DNA of 54,771 nt from Parcubacteria group bacterium (GCA_943356745.1 CALRFT010000005.1:1-54771), one strand, 5' to 3'. Counted from the stretch's first letter, positions 1-8,584 are shown. The notes: generated by a model not told the origin, from the sequence alone. A program made the numbers and translations.

Positions 1-2
1 AT

Positions 3-1013
3 GCAAAAGAAATTTCAAGCGAGGAAAGAGTTTGGGCAGCAATTCAAGGACTTGCTTCAAGTTACGGTGATCCTTATACAACCTTCTTTAACCCTGAAGA
101 AATGGCTAATTTTGATGAAGACATTAATGGTGAGTTTTCTGGTGTTGGAATGGAAGTTGGTTTAGAAGATGGGTATGTAACAGTTATAGCACCTCTCAAA
201 GATAGTCCAGCAGAAAAAGCTGGAATTGAGGCTGGAGATATTGTTACAAAAATAAATGATGAATCGACCCTTGATATGACTATTGATCAAGCGGTGGAAA
301 AAATACGCGGACCCAAAGGGGAAATTGTAAGTCTTACAATTGCGAGAAATGGAGAAGGAGAGTTAATCGAATTTGAAATTGTAAGAGATACAATAGAGCT
401 TACAACAATTGAAACTTCTATTTCTCCAGATGATAAAAACATTTTTATCATTTCAATGTATAACTTCAGTGAGGATTCATCTCTTGAATTCAATAATGCT
501 ATACAGGAATTCATTAAGAGTGGCAAAAAAAAGTTGATATTAGATTTAAGAAGTAACCCAGGAGGTTACCTCACTTCTGCTGTTGATATTTCAAGTGTCT
601 TTGTACCTCAAGGGAAGGTTGTTGTTACAGAATCTTTTTCAGATTCTTCAGAGAAAGAAGATATTATTTATAGAAGTAAGGGCACAAACTTAAAACTACC
701 TAAAGATATGAAAATGGTTATTCTTGTAGACAAAGGATCTGCGTCTGCGTCTGAGATTGTCGCTGGATCTCTTCAAGAATATAAAATTGCAACATTGATT
801 GGAACAGAGACATTTGGCAAGGGAAGTGTACAGGAATATCTCAAGCTTGATAATGATACAGCTATTAAAGTAACTGTTGCAAGATGGCTTACACCTCTTG
901 GTAATTCTATTGAGGAATCAGGGTTGACTCCAGATTACGTCGTAGAGTATGATAGCGAGGCTGAAAAAGATTCTCAAATTCAAGCAGCTATCGAAATTTT
1001 AAATAAACGATAA
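3..1013 (+). CDS. ctpA: C-terminal processing (tail-specific) serine peptidase, S41 family; 5' end cut by window edge
   Basis: The frame stays open back to nt 3 (AKEISSEERVWAAIQGLASSYGDPYTTFFNPEE precedes the first Met of the listed ORF). Has a PDZ-like segment (GVGMEV...GIEAGDIV) and S41 motifs GSASASEI and TFGKGSVQ. Confidence 0.85.
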   Translation, partial: AKEISSEERVWAAIQGLASSYGDPYTTFFNPEEMANFDEDINGEFSGVGMEVGLEDGYVTVIAPLKDSPAEKAGIEAGDIVTKINDESTLDMTIDQAVEKIRGPKGEIVSLTIARNGEGELIEFEIVRDTIELTTIETSISPDDKNIFIISMYNFSEDSSLEFNNAIQEFIKSGKKKLILDLRSNPGGYLTSAVDISSVFVPQGKVVVTESFSDSSEKEDIIYRSKGTNLKLPKDMKMVILVDKGSASASEIVAGSLQEYKIATLIGTETFGKGSVQEYLKLDNDTAIKVTVARWLTPLGNSIEESGLTPDYVVEYDSEAEKDSQIQAAIEILNKR

Positions 1014-1023
1014 TATAAAAACC

Positions 1024-1470
1024 ATGAAAGTAATTTTATTGCAGAATGTAAAAAAAGTTGGACAGAAGGGAGAAGTAAAAGAAGTGTCTGAGGGTTTTGC
1101 TCACAATCACTTGTTTCCCAGAAAATTAGCAAAGCCTGGAACGGTTCAAAATCTCAATGAAGTTGCAAAACTTTCTCAAGATAAAAATAAACATAAACAA
1201 AATGTTTTAGGTAAGATACAAGAAAATTTTAATGCTGTACATAATCAAACATTTTGTTTTAAATTAAAATCAAATGAGCAAGGTGCTTTATTTGCTAAAT
1301 TTGAAGAAAAACATCTTATTGAGGAATTACACAAAAAAGGTTTCAAAAATATTGAAAGTAAACATATCTCAATACAAGGTTCCCCAATTAAACACACCGG
1401 TGAGTACAGTGTTACCTTAAAAGAAGATAAACTTATTGCAACTTGTGCTGTTTCAATACAGCCATTGTAA
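1024..1470 (+). CDS. rplI: 50S ribosomal protein L9
   Basis: N-terminus MKVILLQNVKKVGQKGEVKEVSEGFAHNHLFPRKLA is the bL9 signature. Starts 10 nt after the ctp stop. Confidence 0.9.
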   Translation: MKVILLQNVKKVGQKGEVKEVSEGFAHNHLFPRKLAKPGTVQNLNEVAKLSQDKNKHKQNVLGKIQENFNAVHNQTFCFKLKSNEQGALFAKFEEKHLIEELHKKGFKNIESKHISIQGSPIKHTGEYSVTLKEDKLIATCAVSIQPL

Positions 1471-1473
1471 ATT

Positions 1474-1499
1474 AAAAAACACCCAAAAGGGTGTTTTTT
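1474..1499. terminator. bidirectional intrinsic terminator between rplI and rpmA
   Basis: AAAAAACACCC-AAAA-GGGTGTTTTTT, with an A-run and a T-run flanking the stem. Confidence 0.8.
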
Positions 1500-1501
1500 A
1501 A

Positions 1502-1774
1502 TTATTTAACATGAACAATATTTTTGATAACAACTTTGCCATCAAATCGTTTATGTCGTTTCTTTAGGAATGATACAACTCCATCTTTAAGGGCAAAAAT
1601 AGTATGATCTCGTCCAAGACCTGTATTTTCTCCCAAAATGAATTTAGTTCCTCGTTGTCGTACGATGATTCCTCCAGCTCGCACTGATTGACCATCTGCA
1701 ATTTTAACTCCCAGGAACTTTGGATTTGAATCCGTAAGGTTTTTAGCCGATCCTCCGGCTTTCCTTGTTGCCAT
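1502..1774 (-). CDS. rpmA: 50S ribosomal protein L27
   Basis: [12 protein letters not shown]...[12 protein letters not shown] is the bL27 signature. Confidence 0.93.
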   Translation of the reverse strand: MATRKAGGSAKNLTDSNPKFLGVKIADGQSVRAGGIIVRQRGTKFILGENTGLGRDHTIFALKDGVVSFLKKRHKRFDGKVVIKNIVHVK

Positions 1775-1882
1775 ATTAGAATAAAGCCCAACTCGTAGGA
1801 CATGAGAGGTGATTGGGACACCTCAATACGAGTGCGCTGCTACTTATAAGTACTTATGAGCATAGCAGTAAACTATGTCACG
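1775..1882 (-). promoter_or_regulatory. structured ~105-nt 5' leader of rpmA (candidate r-protein autoregulatory leader)
   Basis: Nested helices in the minus-sense RNA. ACUCGUA(1833-1827)/UACGAGU(1797-1791) encloses GAGGUG/CACCUC. A second hairpin CUGCUA/UAGCAG spans 1837-1868. Confidence 0.4.
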
Positions 1883-1888
1883 AAGGTG

Positions 1889-1917
1889 ATTATAGAACAA
1901 TCTATTAGACTTTGCAA
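1889..1917 (-). promoter_or_regulatory. sigma70-type promoter for rpmA
   Basis: TTGCAA-17 nt-TATAAT on the minus strand. Confidence 0.6.
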
Positions 1918-1949
1918 TACCCTTGTTTTTAGGCATAATAAAGGGTAAT

Positions 1950-2285
1950 ATGACACACAAGCAAAAAACAATTATCACAATAGCATTTCTTGGAAGTCTT
2001 GTATTAGCTTTTATTCTCGGAAGATTATCTACAATAAGTAAACCCCAGGGAAATTCAGAGATTAAAATTATAACTTCTCAGGATTTAAAACAAGAAAAAC
2101 AAAGCGGTGAAAATTATCAACCAGATATACAGATCCGAGCCTCTTCACAAGGTACCAAATATTACTTCCCGTGGTGTAAAAGCACCTTTAATGAAGAAAA
2201 TACAATCTACTTTAGTTCAGTATCGGAAGCAATAGAAAAAGGATATGAGCAAGCATCTGGATGTTTACTGGAACCAACAAATTAA
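1950..2285 (+). CDS. small membrane-anchored protein with a C-terminal Ada-like Cys motif domain
   Basis: ATG at 1950 (MTHKQK...) is followed by a TM helix. The C-terminus KYYFPWCKSTFNEENTIYFSSVSEAIEKGYEQASGC follows the Y-x-P-x-C...N..F.S..EA...GY....C pattern. Confidence 0.6.
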   Translation: MTHKQKTIITIAFLGSLVLAFILGRLSTISKPQGNSEIKIITSQDLKQEKQSGENYQPDIQIRASSQGTKYYFPWCKSTFNEENTIYFSSVSEAIEKGYEQASGCLLEPTN

Positions 2286-2293
2286 TTTATTTT

Positions 2294-2419
2294 ATGGATA
2301 AAGATACTCTTATAAAAATATTTAAAGTAATACTCTTTGTGCTTCTGGCACCAATAATGGTATTTGGAATGATACTTAGTATTTTTGTTCCAAAATGGCT
2401 TGAGCTTTTAGATATTTAA
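2294..2419 (+). CDS. possible 41-aa membrane peptide
   Basis: MDKDTLIKIFKVILFVLLAPIMVFGMILSIFVPKWLELLDI has one hydrophobic helix. A terminator follows directly. Shorter than the ORF-track cutoff. Confidence 0.3.
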   Translation: MDKDTLIKIFKVILFVLLAPIMVFGMILSIFVPKWLELLDI

Positions 2420-2455
2420 AAACACCCCCTTATAAATTTGAAAGGGGGTGTTTTA
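2420..2455 (+). terminator. intrinsic terminator
   Basis: ACACCCCCT-N12-AGGGGGTGT followed by TTTT. Confidence 0.75.
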
Positions 2456-2648
2456 TATTACTCAAAGTAATTTTTATTATTATCTAAATTATTTTAATAG
2501 TAAAAAATAAAAGTAGATAACTCAGAGGTGGCAACATAATCAGCAACTCGACATTTACTTTATTTATTATGAGAATGAAAAAGGAAGAGAGAAGAGGGTG
2601 TCTGGAATTATATACCAGTCTCTATATTTATAAGTAAAAGAATATATA

Positions 2649-2664
2649 TAATGTCGCACAATAT
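2649..2664 (+). repeat. 16-nt direct repeat copy A (TAATGTCGCACAATAT)
   Basis: Identical 16-mer recurs at 3050..3065 inside the same ORF-free region. The core AATGT-CGC-ACAAT is nearly palindromic. Confidence 0.7.
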
Positions 2665-3049
2665 ATCTTTTACGACACTATATACATAATATATAGCTTG
2701 TATATAGATCTATTAAAATAAGGCTCAAAGGAAGCTTTTAAATGCCCTATAAGCTCTGTCTATCTTTATAAACATATATTGATTCATTTTAAATCTCCCC
2801 CTTTCCTGTGTCTTTCTCAAAATAACCTTACAGCTTAAGCTAGAAATGGTATCTCCTACAAAAAATATTTTTACAGAAGTAGATGTATGGAAACCTAAAA
2901 AAATTAAAAATATTTTAAGTATACAAAGTCTTATGAAATTATTTTTAAATAAATAGACAACTCATACCAATATGCAATTATGGGATTAGTAAATAGATAA
3001 TATAAGTAACACCTACTCATTACTAACAATGGATACATAGAAAAGTATT

Positions 3050-3065
3050 TAATGTCGCACAATAT
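3050..3065 (+). repeat. 16-nt direct repeat copy B (TAATGTCGCACAATAT)
   Basis: Identical to 2649..2664, 401 bp away. Confidence 0.7.
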
Positions 3066-3156
3066 TATGAGGGACCAATATAAGTTTTCCACAGATAGAG
3101 TTGCATCGGTGGGTTGATTCAGTATTATTAAAGAGAACGTATACGTGATGCGTGTT

Positions 3157-3188
3157 GCAAAAGACCCTGTTCGTGCAGGGTCTTTTGC
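3157..3188. terminator. 13-bp stem hairpin downstream of the MGMT-family gene
   Basis: GCAAAAGACCCTG-TTCGTG-CAGGGTCTTTTGC. The T-rich tract lies on the plus side (TTTGTCTTTTTT). Confidence 0.6.
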
Positions 3189-3231
3189 TTTGTCTTTTTT
3201 ATTCTTTTTTTATTCTTTTTTTATTTAAACT

Positions 3232-3477
3232 CTACCCCCTCTCTCTCTTGAGAATTTCTCTTTTTGAAATTGTCCGAAGTCCATTATACTGCCCAAGAGA
3301 TCCATCTGATTTAATTACTCTATGGCACGGAATATTTTCATCTTGGTTTTGTTTTAATATAGTCCCAACAACTCTATATGCTTTCGGGCTACCAGCTCTC
3401 ATTGCAACTTCTTTGTAAGAAAGTGTTGTACCTTCCGGAATACTTTTTACAACTTCCAAAACTTTTTCTTTAAACAT
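3232..3477 (-). CDS. MGMT-family (methylated-DNA-protein-cysteine methyltransferase DNA-binding domain) protein
   Basis: YKEVAMRAGSPKAYRVVGTILKQN...IPCHRVI carries the PCHRV active-site motif. Confidence 0.8.
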   Translation of the reverse strand: MFKEKVLEVVKSIPEGTTLSYKEVAMRAGSPKAYRVVGTILKQNQDENIPCHRVIKSDGSLGQYNGLRTISKREILKRERG

Positions 3478-3481
3478 ATTT

Positions 3482-3787
3482 TTATTGAACGTTTCCGGGG
3501 TTCTGAATTTGCTCTACAAACCCTCCGTTTATAACACTCTGGATAAAAGGTTCCCAAAGCATTTCGATAATAATATTATTCCAAACATGGAGAACCGGAC
3601 TTGATAAATGATTATCCCAAATATTTGAAACTAAATCTAAGACGAAAGAGAAATTAGTTTGGACTGTCTCATTTGCAATAACATCCTGCTGTAAATCAAA
3701 TCCAAGTAGAGAAATAAAAATAATAACAATTACAACGGTTATAAAAAACTTCACTAGACCGAAACCTCGAGTTAAATTATTTTGCAT
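3482..3787 (-). CDS. small membrane protein, hypothetical
   Basis: Start moved to the ATG at 3787 (MQNNLTRGFGLVKFFITVVIVIIFISLL...). The longer listed ORF would overlap the upstream gene. Confidence 0.5.
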   Translation of the reverse strand: MQNNLTRGFGLVKFFITVVIVIIFISLLGFDLQQDVIANETVQTNFSFVLDLVSNIWDNHLSSPVLHVWNNIIIEMLWEPFIQSVINGGFVEQIQNPGNVQ

Positions 3788-3806
3788 ATATACAAGTATA
3801 ATAAAT

Positions 3807-5123
3807 TTATTTAAACATATCAGCAGTTGCTTTTGGAAGATATCCCAGTGGATCAAAATATGTTGATCCAGCAACGATTGGAGTTGTATAATTTTTACCA
3901 GGACAACCAGCACTTGGCCATGTTTTTATCTCGACCGCATCTGTTGGTACGATTTTCACGTCTAAATGTGGACCTGTTGAATATCCTGTATTTCCCGAGA
4001 TAGCAACCAGTGTATCCTTTGTAACTCTTTGACCTTTAGTAGCCTTAAAGCTTGATAAGTGACTATAGATACTCGAAAGTCCGTTATCGTATCGAATCAG
4101 CATCCACCCGCCAAAAGAAGCTCTCGGGCAATCTAAATCAGTATTTCCAAAATCAACCACAGTTCCATTTCCCATAGCATAGACATTGTCATTATTTGCC
4201 CTAAAATCAACTCCAGTATGTCTTCCACTCCATGTTCCTTTTCTATAGCTATAGAGTTTTGCAGAATCAGCGGTTAATCCAAAAGGTTGGGTAATGAGAA
4301 CGTATTCAAGTGGCCAGTCAAAAATTCCAAATGAAGGCGCTGGATACGAGGACGGATTGAGAACATATTGAAGTTCAGATTCAAGAGTCTGAAGTGAATC
4401 TTCAAATTGTTTCTTAAGTGCAATTTTTTCATTGAGTATTTTTTGATACTCACTTTCTTCTGATTTTGTTTCCTTAAGGAGGGTTTTTTTTTCTTGTTGT
4501 ACTTTTTTTACACTTTCTTGCTCAGCACTTTTTTCTTGAACAAGTTTTTCAAAATGATTTTTTTCTTCCTCATGAGTCTTTTTTACGACACCTAAATCTT
4601 GAAGAAAGTTTGTGAATTCTTTTATCTGAGAACTGAAAAGATTTTGCATTCGATGATAAGTATTAAGAGCACGGACCATTTCTCCAAGTTCACGTTCCCT
4701 TATAATAGAAAATACTATAGGTGTTGTCTCAAGTTCATTCATTGTCTGAATATATTGAGAAATCAGATAAGTATCTCTATCAATCTTTGATTCAAGCTCG
4801 TCAATGGTAAGGGATAAATTTTGAATATTTTTTTCTGTATCTTCTATTTTCAAAGAGGTACTTTTAATAGCCGTTTCGATTCTCCTATTTGTAAGATTTA
4901 ATTCTTTAACAGTTGATTCTAAAGTCTTTCTCTGTCCTGAAACTTCGTTGAGTTGTTTTTGGTATTCTAAAATTTCTTTATCAAGATCCTGTATAACGGT
5001 TTGAGAATTTTGTATTTTTGATTGAATTTCTTGTATTTTCTCTGTATCAGCAAAAGAAATACTCGGCATAAGTACAGTAAGAAGAACCATGTATAGAAGT
5101 ATTTTCTTGTTTGTGTAATTCAT
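3807..5123 (-). CDS. secreted coiled-coil + M23 (LytM-type) peptidoglycan metallopeptidase, EnvC-like architecture
   Basis: Signal peptide, ~230 aa of heptad-rich coiled coil, then HTGVDF...GNTGYSTGPHLDV. Confidence 0.85.
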   Translation of the reverse strand: MNYTNKKILLYMVLLTVLMPSISFADTEKIQEIQSKIQNSQTVIQDLDKEILEYQKQLNEVSGQRKTLESTVKELNLTNRRIETAIKSTSLKIEDTEKNIQNLSLTIDELESKIDRDTYLISQYIQTMNELETTPIVFSIIRERELGEMVRALNTYHRMQNLFSSQIKEFTNFLQDLGVVKKTHEEEKNHFEKLVQEKSAEQESVKKVQQEKKTLLKETKSEESEYQKILNEKIALKKQFEDSLQTLESELQYVLNPSSYPAPSFGIFDWPLEYVLITQPFGLTADSAKLYSYRKGTWSGRHTGVDFRANNDNVYAMGNGTVVDFGNTDLDCPRASFGGWMLIRYDNGLSSIYSHLSSFKATKGQRVTKDTLVAISGNTGYSTGPHLDVKIVPTDAVEIKTWPSAGCPGKNYTTPIVAGSTYFDPLGYLPKATADMFK

Positions 5124-5140
5124 TACCTTAATTGTACCAG

Positions 5141-5170
5141 AAAAAAACAGTCTCTTTCGAGACTGTTTTT
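5141..5170. terminator. bidirectional intrinsic terminator
   Basis: AAAAAAACAGTCTC-TTTC-GAGACTGTTTTT. Confidence 0.8.
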
Positions 5171-5174
5171 AAAT

Positions 5175-6980
5175 TTATATCAACGCCGTTTGGTGTTGAA
5201 TATTGTACAAATTTTGATATATTTCACATCGACTAAGAAGTTCTTGATGTGTTCCAATATCGATAATTTTTCCCTCATCAAAGACAAAAATTCTGTCTGC
5301 ATTCACGATTGTTGAAAGTCGGTGTGCAATAATGATCTTTGTTGCAGAAATACTTTCCTTTGCAAGATTATCAATAGCCTCTTGAATTTCTTTTTCTTTT
5401 TCAGAATCCAAAGAAGCCGTTGCTTCATCCAGAATCAAAAGTGCTGGCTTTTTGATCAAAGCACGGGCAATCGCGAGACGTTGTCTTTGTCCTCCAGAAA
5501 GCTTAACCCCCTGCTCCCCTATTTTGGTATCAAGACCATTCGGGAGTTTTTCAATAAAATCAAGGAGTCCGGCTTGAGTGAGAGCTCGTTTGAAGTCTTC
5601 TTCTTCCAGTTTCTCTTCTGTCGCAAACGAAAGATTTTCTCGAATTGTTGTATCAAAAAGTTGAGTTGACTGCTCTACATATCCAATATGTTGAAGATAC
5701 CAAGATGGATGAAGTTTCTTTAAATTATTTCCATCAATCAGAATACTTCCTTTTGTTGGGTCGTAATTTCTTAGAAGGATTTTAATAAAAGTACTTTTTC
5801 CAGAACCAGATCTACCAACAACGCCAATTGTTTCTTTTGGTTTTATTTCAAAAGAAACATTATCTAAAATTGCGTCAGAGTTTTCATCGTCAGGATATTT
5901 AAAGGAAACTTCTTGAAATTCAATTTTCCCTTCAAAACTCTTAGGTTTCAAAGTTTTTTTAGATATCTTCACAGAAGGTTCTATGTTCATAAAATCTTGA
6001 AACTCCTGAATTGCTGGTACATTTGTAGCAAAAACTCTCTGTAGATATTGAATCATATAGAGTTCAGAAAAAAGCATGCCAGCCCAAGAACTTACAACAA
6101 CAAACATACCTGGACTCATTTGACCAGCTTGTATCTTGAATACAACTGTAATCATTATCGCAGCCGATGAGAAAGCTATCAAAAAAGCACTTACTGACAT
6201 TTTGTTGAGAAAAGCCATCCAATATTTTTTGGCAGGTTTTTGTTCCTCTAGAAAAAGATCGTCAACATGATTGTAGCCGTATTCTTCTCTTCCGCTGTTT
6301 TTAAGAAGTGAAATATTTCTGAGTATTTCAGAAAATCCCTTACTTCTATCTTGTCCTAAGGTTTCAAGCTCTCTAAATTTTGGAATATATTTTCCTGTAA
6401 TGTTAAGTTTTATCTTAATAATTACAGCTGATGCAATTAAGGCAAACAAACCTATCTGCCAATCTATGACAAACAAAGCAACAAGAAGAGCGAACATTTT
6501 CAAAATAAGAGGAAGAAAATTATAAAGCAAGGCTTCAACTAACGTTTTAACTGAGTTTACCCCCTTATTTAAAATTGTATCTTTTACTCCAGAATTTTTA
6601 TCTATATGTTGCCCAACCGACAAACTAAGCATCTTATCTAGTCCGTACATACTAATGTCTTTTCGAAAATCAAAAAAGAATTTTTGAATATCGAGATAAT
6701 GCTTAACCATCCAAAGTAATCTTGAAACGATAGCCGTTCCAAATCCGATAAGGACCAGAATGATTGCTTGTTTTACTTGAAAATTATCTTGGAAAAAAGT
6801 ATCAACAAGACGACCTGTAATAAGTGGAGAAACAAGAGAAATTGATTCTGTGAGTAATGTCACCACAGCCAGGAGAACTAGGGTTTTCTTGTAAGGTCTG
6901 GCTTTATACCAGACAAATTTTAATAGATCCTTCATAGAACCATGGTGTTTTTTGGGTGTTTTTTGATTTAATATTGGCAT
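5175..6980 (-). CDS. ABC exporter, fused permease/ATPase (MsbA-like)
   Basis: Six-TM N-terminal half, Walker A GRSGSGKST, signature LSGGQRQR, Walker B LILDEATS. Confidence 0.9.
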   Translation of the reverse strand: MPILNQKTPKKHHGSMKDLLKFVWYKARPYKKTLVLLAVVTLLTESISLVSPLITGRLVDTFFQDNFQVKQAIILVLIGFGTAIVSRLLWMVKHYLDIQKFFFDFRKDISMYGLDKMLSLSVGQHIDKNSGVKDTILNKGVNSVKTLVEALLYNFLPLILKMFALLVALFVIDWQIGLFALIASAVIIKIKLNITGKYIPKFRELETLGQDRSKGFSEILRNISLLKNSGREEYGYNHVDDLFLEEQKPAKKYWMAFLNKMSVSAFLIAFSSAAIMITVVFKIQAGQMSPGMFVVVSSWAGMLFSELYMIQYLQRVFATNVPAIQEFQDFMNIEPSVKISKKTLKPKSFEGKIEFQEVSFKYPDDENSDAILDNVSFEIKPKETIGVVGRSGSGKSTFIKILLRNYDPTKGSILIDGNNLKKLHPSWYLQHIGYVEQSTQLFDTTIRENLSFATEEKLEEEDFKRALTQAGLLDFIEKLPNGLDTKIGEQGVKLSGGQRQRLAIARALIKKPALLILDEATASLDSEKEKEIQEAIDNLAKESISATKIIIAHRLSTIVNADRIFVFDEGKIIDIGTHQELLSRCEIYQNLYNIQHQTALI

Positions 6981-7068
6981 ATGTTTTTATTTTTACGTCA
7001 AAATATTTTGAGTAAGGTTTTTGTGAGATTTTTATTATACCATAGGTTTTTAAAGGTTTTTCATGGTA

Positions 7069-7097
7069 TTGACAAAATATATATAATATGATATAAA
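7069..7097 (+). promoter_or_regulatory. sigma70-type promoter
   Basis: TTGACA-17-TATAAA upstream of the 7125 ORF. Confidence 0.55.
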
Positions 7098-7124
7098 TAA
7101 ATCATAATTAAAACCCAGTTCATT

Positions 7125-7364
7125 ATGAAAACAATCATTCTTTTCCTTTCCGCCCTTATGATCAGCTTCACTTCCCTCGCAGCAAGCCAGACTACCACTC
7201 AAAGCTCAAAAAGCTTCGAAACAAGCATTTCTGAGTCAAAACCAGGACCAAGCTACAACAAAAAGAAACGTGCCAAGCAGGTCAAAAAAATGCGTAAAAA
7301 AGCAGCCAAGAGTAGCAAACGCTCCGGAGGAGATCTGACAAATTTTAATTGTCGCCGTCGCTAA
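7125..7364 (+). CDS. small secreted lysine-rich protein, hypothetical
   Basis: Signal peptide MKTIILFLSALMISFTSLAA, then a basic tail. Has its own consensus promoter and a TTAAAACCC motif 8 nt before the ATG. Confidence 0.5.
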   Translation: MKTIILFLSALMISFTSLAASQTTTQSSKSFETSISESKPGPSYNKKKRAKQVKKMRKKAAKSSKRSGGDLTNFNCRRR

Positions 7365-7560
7365 ACACCGACGTCGCAATAGAAATTTCCTTGAAAGAAT
7401 TTGAAATTTCTTTAAAAACACTCAAGAAAGATGTTCGATTATTGTCGATAATATTTGGCAATTTCTTCATACTAATATAATACCCTAAAACCCCTATTTT
7501 CAAAACCTAATAGGATCTCTGTGTTTTGGTCAGATTTTGTATGAGATAGTAGGTTTTTGG

Positions 7561-7601
7561 GAACAAAAAATCCCCTTTGATATGAGGGGGATTTTTTGTT
7601 C
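7561..7601. terminator. long-stem hairpin terminator of the ACAAAAAATCCCC family
   Basis: GAACAAAAAATCCCC-N10-GGGGGATTTTTTGTTC. Confidence 0.7.
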
Positions 7602-7618
7602 TGCTTCACAAGTATAAC

Positions 7619-7647
7619 TTGACATAAATATATTAAGATTGTATATT
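7619..7647 (+). promoter_or_regulatory. sigma70-type promoter
   Basis: TTGACA-17-TATATT. Confidence 0.55.
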
Positions 7648-7673
7648 TATACTAAATTTAAATACATATTGTT

Positions 7674-7934
7674 ATGTTATCTACTCAAAAACTTTTGTTG
7701 CTACTGATCTTTTTTGTGAGTGTCCTTGTCTTATGTGTCTCTGTTGTTATTTGTCTTGAGATATTTTTTGATTTCGACATGCCGTGGATCACCATGAAAA
7801 CCAATGAATTTACTCTATTTGGACTTCGTATCTCTGAAGAGAAACAAAATGGTGTATTAATGGTTGTAGGGTCCCTCTTAACCATCTCAGTTCCAGCCAT
7901 CTCTTTTTCGGCATCGAGATTGAGGAAAAAATAA
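7674..7934 (+). CDS. small membrane protein, hypothetical
   Basis: Two hydrophobic helices, bracketed by a consensus promoter and a terminator. Confidence 0.5.
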   Translation: MLSTQKLLLLLIFFVSVLVLCVSVVICLEIFFDFDMPWITMKTNEFTLFGLRISEEKQNGVLMVVGSLLTISVPAISFSASRLRKK

Positions 7935-7946
7935 TAGAATTTTTTT

Positions 7947-7978
7947 AAAGTGTGTTCCAAAATGGAACACACTTTTTT
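7947..7978 (+). terminator. intrinsic terminator
   Basis: GTGTGTTCCA-AAA-TGGAACACAC followed by TTTTTT. Confidence 0.8.
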
Positions 7979-8003
7979 ATTACATTACTGCTTTATACAA
8001 AAA

Positions 8004-8034
8004 TAAAAAACCGGTAGCTTGTATAAGCTACCGG
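8004..8034 (-). terminator. intrinsic terminator of the 8056..8514 gene
   Basis: CCGGTAGCTT-GTAT-AAGCTACCGG, with a U-run on the minus strand. Confidence 0.8.
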
Positions 8035-8055
8035 CACGACTGCTTTACCATATGA

Positions 8056-8514
8056 TTATGGTTTGCCCTTCCAAACTAAGCAGTCGAAAGATTCTTGGTG
8101 GTATACCACGAGAATAATTTCATAAGAACACAGCTCCAAGATTTCTGCATTGTCTGGATCCACATCTATAAGATGAGTCTGGATGTCACTCCTCAATCCA
8201 AAGCCAAGGGTGTGATGAGGTAAACGTCTTTTTGGATTTTTGATAAAATCATCCACATGCTCTTTCCCTTCTTCTGTCTCTGAATCTATCATAAGCACAA
8301 TGTAGAAATTGGCATCTTTTCGAAGATTTTCAAAATCTCCGAGAATTTTAGCGATCGCACCAAAATTCTCATTCAAAAGATTTTGCAATGCCTCAAAATG
8401 TTCTTGATCAATTTGCTCAAAATGCTCCGGAACCCCTAGAAAAAATACTCCCTCTTGAATACTGCAAGTGACATACTGTGTTTCAAGTTCTTTTTGGTCT
8501 TTATTTTCTTCCAT
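8056..8514 (-). CDS. acidic cytoplasmic protein, hypothetical
   Basis: 152-aa ORF with its own TTGACA-16-TATTGT promoter (8542..8569) and terminator. No family recognised. Confidence 0.6.
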   Translation of the reverse strand: MEENKDQKELETQYVTCSIQEGVFFLGVPEHFEQIDQEHFEALQNLLNENFGAIAKILGDFENLRKDANFYIVLMIDSETEEGKEHVDDFIKNPKRRLPHHTLGFGLRSDIQTHLIDVDPDNAEILELCSYEIILVVYHQESFDCLVWKGKP

Positions 8515-8584
8515 GTAAGTAACAGGTATTGGTTTACATATACAATACTGAATATTTCGATTTTGTCAAAGGATTCTGGAATGT

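Noticed and set aside
2678-2707. dif-like sequence TATATACATAA-TATATA-GCTTGTATATA, partly resembling the remembered reverse complement of the Bacillus dif site.
   Set aside because: Only one arm and the AT-only spacer match. The second arm lacks the conserved inner TTATG/CATAA symmetry. Such AT-rich near-palindromes are expected by chance here. It is mentioned only as something to test.
2725-2787. 20-aa minus-strand ORF (MNQYMFIKIDRAYRAFKSFL) preceded by AGGAAAGGGGGAG, the strongest SD-like string in the window.
   Set aside because: It is too short to evaluate. The organism otherwise shows little SD usage, and I could identify no promoter. It is kept only as part of the ORF-free-region finding.
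3788-3913. Upstream 42-codon extension of the 3482 ORF that overlaps the M23 peptidase gene end.
   Set aside because: The extension is hydrophobic, low-complexity read-through of the neighbouring gene's 3' end. An ATG at 3787 gives a compact non-overlapping gene.
7348-7470. 40-aa minus-strand ORF (MKKLPNIIDNNRTSFLSVFKEISNSFKEISIATSVFSDGDN) in the 3' region of the 7125 gene.
   Set aside because: It has no promoter or terminator of its own and overlaps the end of the plus-strand ORF. It cannot be distinguished from chance.
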